From: Acidobacteriota bacterium
GTDB lineage: Bacteria > Acidobacteriota > UBA890 > WLXD01
Length of the DNA stretch: 64,000 bases
Assembly (NCBI GenBank): GCA_965205505.1
Contig: CBDBHB010000007.1
Coordinates: forward strand, 160,001-224,000
Direction of reading: 5' to 3'
Shown in pieces: positions 20,522-30,674 of the stretch. Each line of letters opens with the position of its first letter. Position 1 is the first letter of the stretch. The position numbers and the translations under genes are program-made. The notes under the pieces were generated by a model. The model made no database searches. It saw only the letters and a list, made by a program, of their open reading frames with translations, and was not told the origin of the DNA.

Positions 20522-23440
20522 TCAAAGGCGCGCCACGGGTTGCGACCGCAGCTGGTCGCGAACGGCTTCGACCCAGTGTCGTGCCTGGCGACCGGTGAAG
20601 TGCTCGATCTGGTGACGGCAACTGAACCCGCAGGCGACGATCTCGGTGGCCTCGTCGAGCGCCAGAATCGCCGGGAACAACCGATCCTCACCGATCTTGC
20701 GCGAGATCTCGTAGTGCTCCCTCTCATAACCGAAGGAGCCGGCCATGCCACAGCACCCGGAGTCGACTTCGTCGACCACTAATCCCGGTACCTGGCTCAG
20801 CACGCGCTTCATGGCATCGGTACCGTACAGGGCCTTCTGGTGACAGTGACCGTGGATCAACACACGGTCGGTGCTCGGCTTGAAACCGGGCTCGATCCGT
20901 CCCGCCGTGATCTCGGCGTCGAGGAACACGTCGATCATCGTCACGCCGGCGGCAACGCGATCCGCCAGCTCGTGATCGCCAACCAAATCGGGCAGGTCAT
21001 CGGTCAGCGCCGATGCACAGCTGGGCTCGCACACCAGCACCGGGACGCCGCGCTGGACGTAGGCGTCGAGCTGTCGGAGCGTAGCTTCGCCGTCCTGACG
21101 GGCCAGGCGCAGGAAGCCGTGCGAGATGCGCGGACGTTGGCAACAGCCGCCGGACACCAGCACGACCCGATAACCACACGCCGTCAGCAACTCGACGGCA
21201 GCTTTGCCGCTGCCGGGCTCGTGACAATCCATGTAGGTGTCGGCAAACAGTGCCACCTCGCGACCACCGTCCGTTGCTGCGTGCTCACCCATCCAGCGAT
21301 GCAACGGCTCGGCGGCGAGTGCGGGCAACGTGCGGCGCCGATCGACGCCGGCCATGGTCTCCAACAAGTACCGGAAGACGAAGCTCGCCTGCAACGAGTT
21401 CACCACCGGCGCCCAGCGGCCAGCGAGCCGGCGCGCCACCATGGACGAGTCACGAATCAGCCGATCGCGCAACGTCGCGCCGTGACGGTCATAGACCTTT
21501 TGCAAAACCTCGCTCTTGAGCGTTGCCATATCGACGTTCGAAGGACACTCGGTCTTGCACGCCTTGCAGGAGAGGCAGAGATCGAGCGCCTCGCGGAGGC
21601 GGCGGCTGGTGAGCCCCTCGGCACCGAGCTGTCCCGACATCGCCAGGCGCAGCGCGTTGGCGCGGCCGCGTGTCGAGTGCTCCTCGTCGCGCGTCGCCAT
21701 GTAGCTGGGGCACATCGTGCCGCCCAGCGTCTTGCGGCAGGCGCCGACGCCGCTGCACATCTCGACCGCAGCCGCAAAGCTACCGTCAGCACGGTACTGG
21801 AACACCGAGTCGCCGGCATCAACGCGATACGTCTCGCCGTACCGCAGGTTGTGGTGCATCGGCGGCGCATCGACGATCTTGCCGGGGTTCATCAGGTTCT
21901 GGGGGTCGAAGAGCTCCTTGACCTCGCCGAAGGCGCGATAGAGTCGAGCGCCGAAGTAACGTTCGTTAAACGGGCTGCGCACCAGACCGTCGCCGTGCTC
22001 CCCCGACCATGCTCCGCCGTATCGAACGACGAGCTCGAACGTGCGCTCGGCGATCTGTTGCATCTTCTCGATGTCCTCGCCGCGCCGCAGGTCGAGGATC
22101 GGGCGAACGTGGATGACACCGACGCTGGCGTGCGCATACATCGCCGCCTCAACACCGAGACCGCGGCAGATGTCGAGTACTCCAGCGATGTACTCCGGAA
22201 GAACCGCGATGGGTGCGGCAGCGTCCTCGATAAAGGGCAGCGGCTTGCGATCGCCCTTCATCCCCAGCATCAGACCGAGTCCGTTCTTGCGAACCTCCCA
22301 GACTCGGTCTTGCCCAGCCCTGTCGAGCAAGACAGGGAAGGCGTATCCGAGGCGGCGGGCGGTCAGGTCCGCGGCCACCCGATGAGCCCGCTCGGCAACG
22401 TCGGCCGCCGTATCCCCGTAAAACTCGACGATGAGCACCGCCGCAGGATCGCCTTCCAGGAAGTCGCAGATCTGCGCCGCCTGCCGATTGTCGCGCGCTA
22501 GCCGAAGCACGGTGTGGTCGAGGATCTCCACCGCCGAGGGGTCGAAAGGCAGGATGTGCTGGACGGAGCGGATCGTTTCCAGCAGGTCGCTGAAGTGCGC
22601 CACGCAGATGGACGTGTGGCGCGGCAACGGCTCCAGGCGAAGCTTCGCCTCTAGCGTCACGGCGAGCGTTCCCTCGCTACCTACGAGGATCTTGGCCGGG
22701 TTCCAGCCGTCGTCCGAGACCAGCTCGTCGAGCGGGTACCCGCCCACCCGGCGCATGACCTTCGGGTACCGCGCCGCGATCTCGTCGCGATTGTCGGCCA
22801 CGATGCGTCGCAGGCCACGATAGATCTCCGCCTCGCGGCCGCTTCCCACTGTCCGGGCAGCGAGCTCGTCGGACGACAGCTGACGCAGATCCAAGATCGT
22901 GCCATCGGCTAGCAACACCCTCAGCTCTTCGACGTGGTCGATGGTCTTGCCGAAGAGGATGCTCTTGGTTCCCGACGAATTATTGCCAATCATGCCGCCG
23001 ACATTGGCTCGATTGGCGGTCGCCGGGTCAGGAGCGAAGTGCAGGCCGTGCTCGGCAACAGCGGCGTTGAGCTCGTCGCGCACCAAGCCCGGCTCGACCC
23101 GTACGGTTCGCGCCTCGACGTCGAGCTCGAGAATGCGGTTCATGTACTTCGACAAATCGAGCACCATCGCCGCCGCTACCGTCTGCCCGGCCAAGCTCGT
23201 TCCACCCCCGCGCGGCAAGATGGGGAGCCGATGACGCACCGCGATCGCCACCGCACTCTCCACATCGTTGGCGTCGCGCGGAAGCACCACCACGACAGGC
23301 AGGATCTGGTAGTTGCTTGCGTCGGTAGCGTAGAGGCCTAGCGAGACCTCGTCGGTGAGCACCTCGCCACGGATAGCATGGCGGAGCTCGTCTTCTACGA
23401 TCCCGGCGTCAAAGCTCATGGGCGACTCGTCAACGCTCAT
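20522..23440 (-). CDS. FAD-linked oxidase fused to 4Fe-4S and CCG domains (GlcD/GlcF-like)
   Basis: PRGGGTSLAGQ, GGMIGNNSSG, SGEHGDG, MNPGK, CLSCKACKTECP, HGHCHQ, CCGMAGSFG. Confidence 0.92.
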   Translation of the reverse strand: MSVDESPMSFDAGIVEDELRHAIRGEVLTDEVSLGLYATDASNYQILPVVVVLPRDANDVESAVAIAVRHRLPILPRGGGTSLAGQTVAAAMVLDLSKYMNRILELDVEARTVRVEPGLVRDELNAAVAEHGLHFAPDPATANRANVGGMIGNNSSGTKSILFGKTIDHVEELRVLLADGTILDLRQLSSDELAARTVGSGREAEIYRGLRRIVADNRDEIAARYPKVMRRVGGYPLDELVSDDGWNPAKILVGSEGTLAVTLEAKLRLEPLPRHTSICVAHFSDLLETIRSVQHILPFDPSAVEILDHTVLRLARDNRQAAQICDFLEGDPAAVLIVEFYGDTAADVAERAHRVAADLTARRLGYAFPVLLDRAGQDRVWEVRKNGLGLMLGMKGDRKPLPFIEDAAAPIAVLPEYIAGVLDICRGLGVEAAMYAHASVGVIHVRPILDLRRGEDIEKMQQIAERTFELVVRYGGAWSGEHGDGLVRSPFNERYFGARLYRAFGEVKELFDPQNLMNPGKIVDAPPMHHNLRYGETYRVDAGDSVFQYRADGSFAAAVEMCSGVGACRKTLGGTMCPSYMATRDEEHSTRGRANALRLAMSGQLGAEGLTSRRLREALDLCLSCKACKTECPSNVDMATLKSEVLQKVYDRHGATLRDRLIRDSSMVARRLAGRWAPVVNSLQASFVFRYLLETMAGVDRRRTLPALAAEPLHRWMGEHAATDGGREVALFADTYMDCHEPGSGKAAVELLTACGYRVVLVSGGCCQRPRISHGFLRLARQDGEATLRQLDAYVQRGVPVLVCEPSCASALTDDLPDLVGDHELADRVAAGVTMIDVFLDAEITAGRIEPGFKPSTDRVLIHGHCHQKALYGTDAMKRVLSQVPGLVVDEVDSGCCGMAGSFGYEREHYEISRKIGEDRLFPAILALDEATEIVACGFSCRHQIEHFTGRQARHWVEAVRDQLRSQPVARL

Positions 23441-23514
23441 CGAGCTACCTGCACGCGAAGATCCGCGCGAGTCGCTGACGCTTGGTGCGATGCAGCGTGT
23501 GCATGAAACCTCCG

Positions 23515-23586
23515 GTCGCGCCTGGCATCCGGTCCCATTTCGCCACCACGATATGCAACGATCATCTGTTACAGGCCACTAGTGCT
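23515..23586. repeat. Dispersed MITE/REP-like repeat, family B (partial copy)
   Basis: ...CCCATTTCGCCACCACGATA.GCAACGATCATCTG.TAC.GGCCACTAGTGCTG, shared with 49460-49533. Confidence 0.85.
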
Positions 23587-23712
23587 GCGCCCCACGATAG
23601 CCGCAAGGGAGCGTCGGTGCACCAACCGGGCGGCCGCGGCGCGATACCATGCGTGCCTTTCGCGGCTGCCCCCATCGGCCGACGATTTTCTCCCGCAACA
23701 TAGAGGGGCTCC

Positions 23713-24615
23713 GTGCGGGCGCATGACCGCGGCTTCCTGGTGGTGTTCGTGGCCAGCGCGTGCCTCAGCACCCTGCCAACGGCTGTCAAGATCGGACTCA
23801 CCGTAGGGGCTGCAACACCGCTGCAGTTGCTAGCACCTCGGATGGTGATCGGCAGCAGCTTCATCGGGCTGTATCTGCTGCTGAGGCGGTCTGGGGGGAT
23901 CCTCATCGATCGCCGCGGGCGCCAAAGCGCAGCGCTGGCCGGCGTCTTCAACCTCTTGGCCCTGCTGTTCTTCTACTGGGCTCTGCGGCGAATCGACGCC
24001 GCCGTCGGCATGTTGGTGTTCTCCACCTATCCGGCGCTGTTGCTCGGTGTGCTGGCGCTACGCGGCGAGTCCATCACACGGCTCGACTGGACGCGCCTGG
24101 CAATGGCACTGCTGGGCATTGCGCTCGTGTCAGACCTGACCGGTGACGTTGATCCGCTGGGCATCTTCTTCGCGGTTGTGTGCGCCACCTTCTACGCCCT
24201 TTACATGCTCGTCATCCATACGCGCCTGGTGGCCTATCCGGCCACCAGCACAGCGCTCTGGATCACCGGCACGATGGGGCTGTTGGCGTATCTGTTGATC
24301 CCGCTGGAGGCGCCGGGCGAGCCGTTGTCGAGCGTCGGCTGGGCAGTGGTGCTGTGGTCGGCTGTCATCGGCACCGCCATAGCCCGCGTCGCGACGATCC
24401 AGGGTGTACGCCTCCTAGGCGGCGGGCAGACCGCGCTGCTCATGCCGATCGAGGCGATCATGAGCCTGGCCTGGGCGGCCATGTTGCTCGGTGAGCGACT
24501 CGCGCCGATGCAGTGGCTCGGGGCCGGCATGATCATCGGCTCTGTGATGCTGGCGCCAGCCCGCCGCTTGCACCTGGAACGCCGCCGTAGGCGCCACGCA
24601 TCGAGCCACGCCTGA
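23713..24615 (+). CDS. DMT/EamA-family transporter
   Basis: About 10 hydrophobic segments in two repeats; LRGESI and LLGERL motifs. Confidence 0.88.
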   Translation: MRAHDRGFLVVFVASACLSTLPTAVKIGLTVGAATPLQLLAPRMVIGSSFIGLYLLLRRSGGILIDRRGRQSAALAGVFNLLALLFFYWALRRIDAAVGMLVFSTYPALLLGVLALRGESITRLDWTRLAMALLGIALVSDLTGDVDPLGIFFAVVCATFYALYMLVIHTRLVAYPATSTALWITGTMGLLAYLLIPLEAPGEPLSSVGWAVVLWSAVIGTAIARVATIQGVRLLGGGQTALLMPIEAIMSLAWAAMLLGERLAPMQWLGAGMIIGSVMLAPARRLHLERRRRRHASSHA

Positions 24616-24669
24616 GGAGCCGCACCCTTGTGCGGCCGTCGCCCGACCCCGCCGGCGGACGCCTGCCGA

Positions 24670-26013
24670 CTACAGAATCCCGGCGCCCACCAGCAGCACA
24701 AAGGCCACCGCCACCGGAATGAGAAACACCATCAACGGCTTCCAGGCGGCGGTAACGCGCACCCGGCCGGCCCCGGCATTGGTCTCATCACGGAAACGAT
24801 CGAATCCCCAGACAAAGGCGACATACACGGCTAGCGTCAAACCGGCGAGGGGAAGCAGGTAGCGCCCAGATGTCACGTCGGCGAACGCGAATAGGTCCAT
24901 CCCGAACACGCGCAGGTCCGAGCCCGGCGCCAACGACAAGATTACCGGAGTGGATAGCAGGCCAAAGACGCTGGCCAGCAACCAGGTGGCGGTGGCACGG
25001 CGCAGCCTGGTCAAGTCGGTGAGCGTCGTCGTCAGTACCTCGAACAGCGCTGCCGCGGAGGTTATCGCGGCCAGGATCAACAGGAAGAAGAATGCGCCGC
25101 CGAAGAGGTTACCGGCGGGCATGCGCGCGAACATGTTCGTCATGGTGACGAACAGCAAGCCCGGGCCGGTATCGGGCTCGAGTCCGAAAGCGAACAGCGC
25201 CGGAAAGATGACCAGGCCGGCGAGAAAGGCCACAAACGTGTCACACGCCACCACCAACGCGACGCTGCCAGGAACATCGCTCTTCTGTCGGTGCAGGTAA
25301 CTGCCGAGACCGAAGGCCGTGGCCATCCCGATACCGATCGAGTAGAAAGCGTGACCGAGGGCCTCCAGCACGATACGGCCATTGATAGCCGAGAAGTCGG
25401 GCATGAGGTACCAGACGAGACCCTGCCAGGCACCCGGGTAGGTCACCGATCGGATCGCCAACAGTAGTAGCAAGACGAACAGCACCGGCATCGCGTACAT
25501 GCTCACGCGCTCGAGACCACGCCGCAGCCCACGGCTAGCAATCAACGCCAGCACCACGATCACCAGCATCGTGTACGCGATCACTGGGCCGGGGGTGCCG
25601 ATAAACGTTTCGTAGGTGGCGACGAGTCGGTCCGGCGGCACGGTCGCGAGCTGCCCGGTGACGATCATGCGGAAATAGCCGAGAATCCACCCGATCAGCA
25701 TCAAGTAGTACGACTGAATCAGTATTGCGGCGGTCACGCCCAGCCAGGCGATGAGGTTCCAGGGGCTCCAGACCGATCCGGTGAGGCTGATCATCCCCGC
25801 CAGCGGGGTCAATTGCGCTTTGCGACCCAGGCTCATCTCGGCGCTCATCAGCGGGATGCCGATGAGGATGCTGAACAGGACGTAGATCAGCAGGAAGGCA
25901 CCGCCACCATTGGTCCCGGTGAGGTAGGGGAACCGCCAGATGTTCCCCAGGCCAACGGCGAATCCCGCCGTTGCCATGATGAACCCGAAACGACTGGCCC
26001 AGGTTTCGCGCAA
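24670..26013 (-). CDS. Sodium-dependent transporter (NSS/SNF family)
   Basis: W.SRFGFIMATAGFAVGLGNIWRFPY...NGGGAFL. Confidence 0.95.
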   Translation of the reverse strand: MRETWASRFGFIMATAGFAVGLGNIWRFPYLTGTNGGGAFLLIYVLFSILIGIPLMSAEMSLGRKAQLTPLAGMISLTGSVWSPWNLIAWLGVTAAILIQSYYLMLIGWILGYFRMIVTGQLATVPPDRLVATYETFIGTPGPVIAYTMLVIVVLALIASRGLRRGLERVSMYAMPVLFVLLLLLAIRSVTYPGAWQGLVWYLMPDFSAINGRIVLEALGHAFYSIGIGMATAFGLGSYLHRQKSDVPGSVALVVACDTFVAFLAGLVIFPALFAFGLEPDTGPGLLFVTMTNMFARMPAGNLFGGAFFFLLILAAITSAAALFEVLTTTLTDLTRLRRATATWLLASVFGLLSTPVILSLAPGSDLRVFGMDLFAFADVTSGRYLLPLAGLTLAVYVAFVWGFDRFRDETNAGAGRVRVTAAWKPLMVFLIPVAVAFVLLVGAGIL

Positions 26014-26102
26014 TGTCGGCGCCTCGCGAGGAAATTCGGCGCCTATTGTAGGCGACCAACGTCAGCCGTGAGCAGGGCCGGACCATGCGGGCTTTCCCCG
26101 CC

Positions 26103-26369
26103 CTATTCGCTCGTGCCGGCTTCCTTGGTCTCCTCGGCTTCCTTGGTCTCCTCGGACTCCTTGGTCGCCTCGGACTCCTGGGACTCCTCGGGCTCCGCGA
26201 CGATACCGAGGCCGACGAGGTCATCATGAGACGCCATCTGCGTTCCTGGCTTCTTGCCATGACGACGCTCGCGCTTGAGGGCCTGCTTCTCGGCCTTCCG
26301 CCGCTCACGTTGTCGCTTGGCAGCCTCTCGCTGTCGCTTCAGTACTGATGTTCTACTTCGTCTGGCCAT
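26103..26369 (-). CDS. Small basic protein with an acidic tandem-repeat tail
   Basis: MARRSRTSVLKRQRE...; tail encoded by four imperfect 18-bp repeats at about 26121-26192. Confidence 0.65.
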   Translation of the reverse strand: MARRSRTSVLKRQREAAKRQRERRKAEKQALKRERRHGKKPGTQMASHDDLVGLGIVAEPEESQESEATKESEETKEAEETKEAGTSE

Positions 26370-26515
26370 AAACCCCTGCAAATGTTGTCTGGAATCGAAG
26401 GCGTCGTTGCCGCCTTGCCAAGCGTCAACGAAGAAAGCGCGACGCCCAGTACAGCACCAGCGGCGCGACGGTAGTGTCGAACGGGACTCGGTACCGACGG
26501 ATGCCCGCGACGAGG

Positions 26516-26716
26516 CTAAAGGGCGCGAACGTTAGCCGCCGCGAGCCCTTTGGGCCCTTCTGTCACATCGAACTCTACCTTCTGCTCTTCGCGCAGCGTA
26601 CGGTGGCCCTCGGCGACAATCGCGCTCTGGTGTACGAACACGTCCGGGCCCTCATCCTGGGTAATGAAGCCGAAGTCCTTGGTGTCGTTGAACCACTTCA
26701 CGGTGCCTGTGGTCAT
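26516..26716 (-). CDS. cspA: Cold-shock protein
   Basis: [18 protein letters not shown]...DVFVHQSAI...[10 protein letters not shown], 66 aa; SD AGGAGGAG. Paralogue letter uncertain. Confidence 0.95.
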   Translation of the reverse strand: MTTGTVKWFNDTKDFGFITQDEGPDVFVHQSAIVAEGHRTLREEQKVEFDVTEGPKGLAAANVRAL

Positions 26717-26971
26717 AGCATCTCCTCCTTCGAAGGAACATGGTGGGGTTGCCTTGACGGAGGCGGTGCCGACCCTCGGCACAGCATGCTCTGACTTGAG
26801 CGTCGCGAGCGAGAATTCGCGCTCGGCGCCAATCACAACTTTCCCTTCGTATCAGTGGAATTCTAGCAGGCACGAGTACGGCCGGCTCCACCCCGGGCTC
26901 GTCGCTGTCGCGGCGCCATGAGGGGCGGCGCCATGAGGGATTGTGTTGCACGGCGGGTACACTTGGCGGCA

Positions 26972-28266
26972 ATGCCTAGTGCCAGCGCAACAACGCGGTT
27001 GTTTCCGATCCTGCTGGTGAACTTCATCGGCACGCTGGGCTTTAGCATCGTGCTGCCGTTTCTCGCCGTCCTGGTCGGAAGGCTTGGCGGCAACGCTCTG
27101 GTGTACGGCAGCCTCGGGGCGACCTACGCCGCTTTCCAGCTAATCGGCGCACCCATCCTGGGTCGTTGGTCCGACGCGCGCGGCCGCCGCCTCGTGCTGC
27201 TGGTCAGCCAGGTCGGCACGCTGATCTCGTGGCTCGTCTTCCTCTTTGCGCTCTATCTTCCGAACAGTGCGCTGCTCGAGGTCGACTCCCCGTGGCTGGG
27301 GGTATTCGCCATCACGGTTCCGCTAGCCGTTCTCTACGTGGCCCGCGCCCTCGACGGTCTGACCGGGGGAAACGTCTCGGTAGCGAACGCGTATCTGGCC
27401 GACGTGACGCCGGAAGACGAGCGACAGCGGAGCTTCGGCCGCATGGCCGTCGCGGGCAATCTGGGGTTCATAGTCGGGCCGGTGTTGGGGGGGGGTTGCT
27501 CGGGTCGACCGCGGCGGGTGAAATCCCGGTGGTGATGGCCGCGGCGTTGATCTCGTGCATCGCGGCAGTGCTGATCGCGCGCTATTTGCCCGAGTCGCGC
27601 CCGTGCGCACTACAGCGTAGCCCCGAGACAAACAGCGTGCGCAAGGTCTTCGGCCAGGAGCAGCGCGACTGCTATCGGCTCGAGAAACCCGCAGGCACCG
27701 GGCTGCGCCAGATTCTCGCGCTCCGCTGTGTGCCGTACCTGCTGACGCTCAACTTCCTGATCTTTCTTGCCTTCAACTTCTTCTACACGGCGTTTCCGAT
27801 GCACGCGACTCAGGGTCTGGGCTGGTCGGCAAGCGGGATCGGTAGTTTCTTCTCCTTTCTCGGCTTTGTCACGGTGCTCACTCAGGGGCCATTGCTTGCC
27901 CGGTTATCGAAGAAATTCGAAGAGACCTCATTGATCATCGCCGGAGGCATACTCCTCGCCAGCGGCTTCATGGCGTTCTTGTCGTCGACAACCGTGGTGC
28001 TCTACTGCGGCGCTGCCCTCTTCTCCGTCGGCAACGGGCTCATGTGGCCTTCGTTCCTGGCGCTTCTATCCAAGTACGCGGGCGATCGGTACCAGGGCGC
28101 CGTACAGGGACTCTCGAGCAGCGTCGGAAGTCTTGCCAGCATCATCGGCCTCATAAGTGGTGGTCTTCTATACGGAGCTGTTGGCCCGATGATGTTCCTG
28201 GCACGGGCAATTCTGATCCTGGCGACGGTTGCGCTGTCCCTCCGCTTTGTCGTCATAGCGCGCTAG
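26972..28266 (+). CDS. MFS transporter (TetA-like), frameshift in a G9 run at 27487-27495
   Basis: GRWSDARGRR motif A, RALDGLTGGN, GFIVGP; continues in ORF 27166-28266. Confidence 0.9.
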
Positions 28267-28314
28267 CAGGCCTTGGCAGTGCTCGTAGTCACCAGGGCGG
28301 CGGCTTCCGACCAA

Positions 28315-29790
28315 TTAGTGAATGAGATAAAGCTCCTCTTGTGGGGGAGATAGATACTCGACTCCACTTTCGGTGGCAATCGCCCCTTCATGATCCCACC
28401 AGAGCAAGTACTGGTCTTCGCCCTCGCTGGTGGGCGACGGCATATAGAAGAAATACTCCAAAACGAAATGGTGATTAGGTTGGAGTGGTGTGTCTTTCGA
28501 CCAATCTGGTCCGTAGGAACCGATCCTGGGGGCGAAATAGGTCTCGACCACTCGCTCTCGCGCGCCTTTCATCTCACCGTGGGCGTCGACAGTAAGGTGG
28601 GTTTTGTCAGGATCAAAGCCGGCGGAGTAGACGGGGAAGTCGTTCTTTGGAATGACCATGTGCAATTGATCATCCCTGACAACAATCCCTTCCTCTTCGA
28701 ACTTTCGCGTGTAGTTTCGAATGATCTCACGAGGGGTAAGGCCCGCTCTAATGGTCTCGGCCAGAATCCTATCGATCTTCAGATACTCTACCCAGAGGTT
28801 TTGGATTTCTTCAGGCGGCTCCGTCTCGCCGTCGCGGAGCACATAGGCGTACATCCCCACTCCCTCTGCCGCGAGAATGTCGCCTCCCTGGATCACACTG
28901 TTTTCCCAGCCCGTGCTCCGTCCTCTTTGTGACAGGCCTGTGCTCATCCGACGAAGGACGGTGGCTCCCGCATAGTAGAGGTCCCGACCGAACTCGCTGT
29001 GCTTGGTTACGCCGGGCACCACTTCAGCGAAAGCTTGGTTTACGCGCTCAATTTCGTCCTTGCGCATGCTCCTGAGTAGCTCGATCTCACTCGGCACCTT
29101 CCTCGCGATGTAGTCCATCAGCACATATTCGGACGAGACCAGCCGATTGGCATATTTCTCACCGAGCTCCTCGGCCAACAGTATGTAGTCTGTATGCGAG
29201 ATGCCGTCTTGGTGTCGTCTGTAGGTTGCCCACTGTGCGAGGTCCCGCTTGAAGTTCACAGCAATACGCTGCGGGTCACGTGCTGCAACAAACGCTCTAA
29301 GGCCCTTGAATCGATAGTCATACTCCGTCATCGGGCTGCTCAGCGGTTCCTTTACAAACACTGGGGCGCCGATTATGTCGTAGGCTCCGAGTTCTTCAAT
29401 CACATCCTTGTAGCCCGCACCCCCTCCTTGCTCCCGCTGTGACGCTCCCCACCGCCGCCCGAGAATCGCCCGTTCGATCCTGTCACGACCGCGATCGGTG
29501 AAGACGAACACGCCGGAGCTGCTGCCCAGTTCTTCGGCACCGAACGAGTCGGGAATCGCCTCTCTGATTATGTGGATCCACATGTCGACATTGTTCTTTC
29601 TCATCGCTTGGGGCAGAACGACGTCGAACTTATCCCGACGAATCTGATTGTTCGCCTCTTTCAGGCGGAGCTCTTCCTGGGCCTGTGCTGTGGTATGAGC
29701 CTGAGCGAAAAGGCCGACCAACAGAAACATGCACAGGAGACGCGACGAAGTCGGCCGCGGGCCCCACAAGACGATCCGTTTCCTTGTCAT
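28315..29790 (-). CDS. Exported M24 (Xaa-Pro) peptidase-like protein
   Basis: Signal peptide; VLPQAMRKNNVDMWI, ISHTDY, C-terminal EYF...DHEGAI...GVEYLSPPQ. Metal ligands look divergent. Confidence 0.65.
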   Translation of the reverse strand: MTRKRIVLWGPRPTSSRLLCMFLLVGLFAQAHTTAQAQEELRLKEANNQIRRDKFDVVLPQAMRKNNVDMWIHIIREAIPDSFGAEELGSSSGVFVFTDRGRDRIERAILGRRWGASQREQGGGAGYKDVIEELGAYDIIGAPVFVKEPLSSPMTEYDYRFKGLRAFVAARDPQRIAVNFKRDLAQWATYRRHQDGISHTDYILLAEELGEKYANRLVSSEYVLMDYIARKVPSEIELLRSMRKDEIERVNQAFAEVVPGVTKHSEFGRDLYYAGATVLRRMSTGLSQRGRSTGWENSVIQGGDILAAEGVGMYAYVLRDGETEPPEEIQNLWVEYLKIDRILAETIRAGLTPREIIRNYTRKFEEEGIVVRDDQLHMVIPKNDFPVYSAGFDPDKTHLTVDAHGEMKGARERVVETYFAPRIGSYGPDWSKDTPLQPNHHFVLEYFFYMPSPTSEGEDQYLLWWDHEGAIATESGVEYLSPPQEELYLIH

Positions 29791-29926
29791 GAGTACCTCC
29801 GTTACCGCGCAGACACGCTTTCCCTATCCCAGCCGGCAGCGTAATTCGACCGCGACCTGGGGTTCAAGGGCGTTTGATGTGGCAGCGTGGGCCGGTGCGT
29901 CCAATGGCCGCACCATCCCCTGCCGT

Positions 29927-30574
29927 TCAGTCTCGAGGGGCCCGCTCCAGGCCGTCCAGGATCAAGTCGAGGACGAAGTCGTACGGGAACTCGTACTGAC
30001 CGCTGGCGAGCAGGTCGCTCACCATCTCGTGCATGTACGGATGGGCGTCCGTGGGCAGACTGTGCAGGACGCTCCGGGTCAGGTCTGCGCGATCGCCAAG
30101 ATCCTGCGGAAGGGCAGCCTCCTGCTGGGTGAACCCGAGGATGTGGCCGTCGAGCGCGAGGAAGCCTTGCCGGGCCATCCCGGGGGAGAATCCCGCCTTC
30201 CTCAGCGTGCCGACGAGCGCGTCGTAGAACGCCAATCGCTCGGGGCCGAGCGTCGTCATGCCCGAGGACATGGTCGTGCAGGCCCAGGGGTGCCGTAGCA
30301 GTGCGTCGTGGGCCGAGATCGCGCTGTTGCGGAGGGCGAGCTTCCAGTCAGGTCCAGAGGGCAACGCAAACTCACTCGCGACCAGGTCGGTGATACCAGA
30401 CAGGACATCGTCCTTGTTGGCGACATGGTTGTAGAGCGACATCACGCCTACCCCGAGGGTACGGGCGATCTCGCGCATCGACAGGGACGACACGCCGGAC
30501 CTGTCGGAGAGCTCCAGGGCGGCCCGTAGTACGCGCTCGCGGCTAAGCGGGACGCGTGGGGCAGGGGTCGACAT
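29927..30574 (-). CDS. TetR/AcrR-family regulator
   Basis: LSRERVLRAAL...LSMREIARTLGVGVMSLYNHVANKDD HTH, followed by a TetR_C domain. Confidence 0.93.
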   Translation of the reverse strand: MSTPAPRVPLSRERVLRAALELSDRSGVSSLSMREIARTLGVGVMSLYNHVANKDDVLSGITDLVASEFALPSGPDWKLALRNSAISAHDALLRHPWACTTMSSGMTTLGPERLAFYDALVGTLRKAGFSPGMARQGFLALDGHILGFTQQEAALPQDLGDRADLTRSVLHSLPTDAHPYMHEMVSDLLASGQYEFPYDFVLDLILDGLERAPRD

Positions 30575-30575
30575 A

Positions 30576-30627
30576 CGTACAGCGTACGCGATGGGTATAG
30601 TATTAGGCATACGTACGGTGTACGTAT
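30576..30627. promoter_or_regulatory. Two palindromic operators between divergent tetR and adh
   Basis: CGTAC-AGC-GTACG (30576-30588) and ATACGTAC-GGT-GTACGTAT (30609-30627). The first abuts the tetR ATG, which has no SD and may be leaderless. Confidence 0.8.
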
Positions 30628-30674
30628 CACGACGCAACGCGGCCTCCAGGGCCGCGAGACACCAGGAAGAAGCT

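Noticed and set aside
20840-22501. Long antisense or alternative-frame ORFs (also 4328-5491, 9067-10101, 58615-60018, 62197-63687)
   Set aside because: Shadow ORFs of GC-rich genes with no recognisable motifs.
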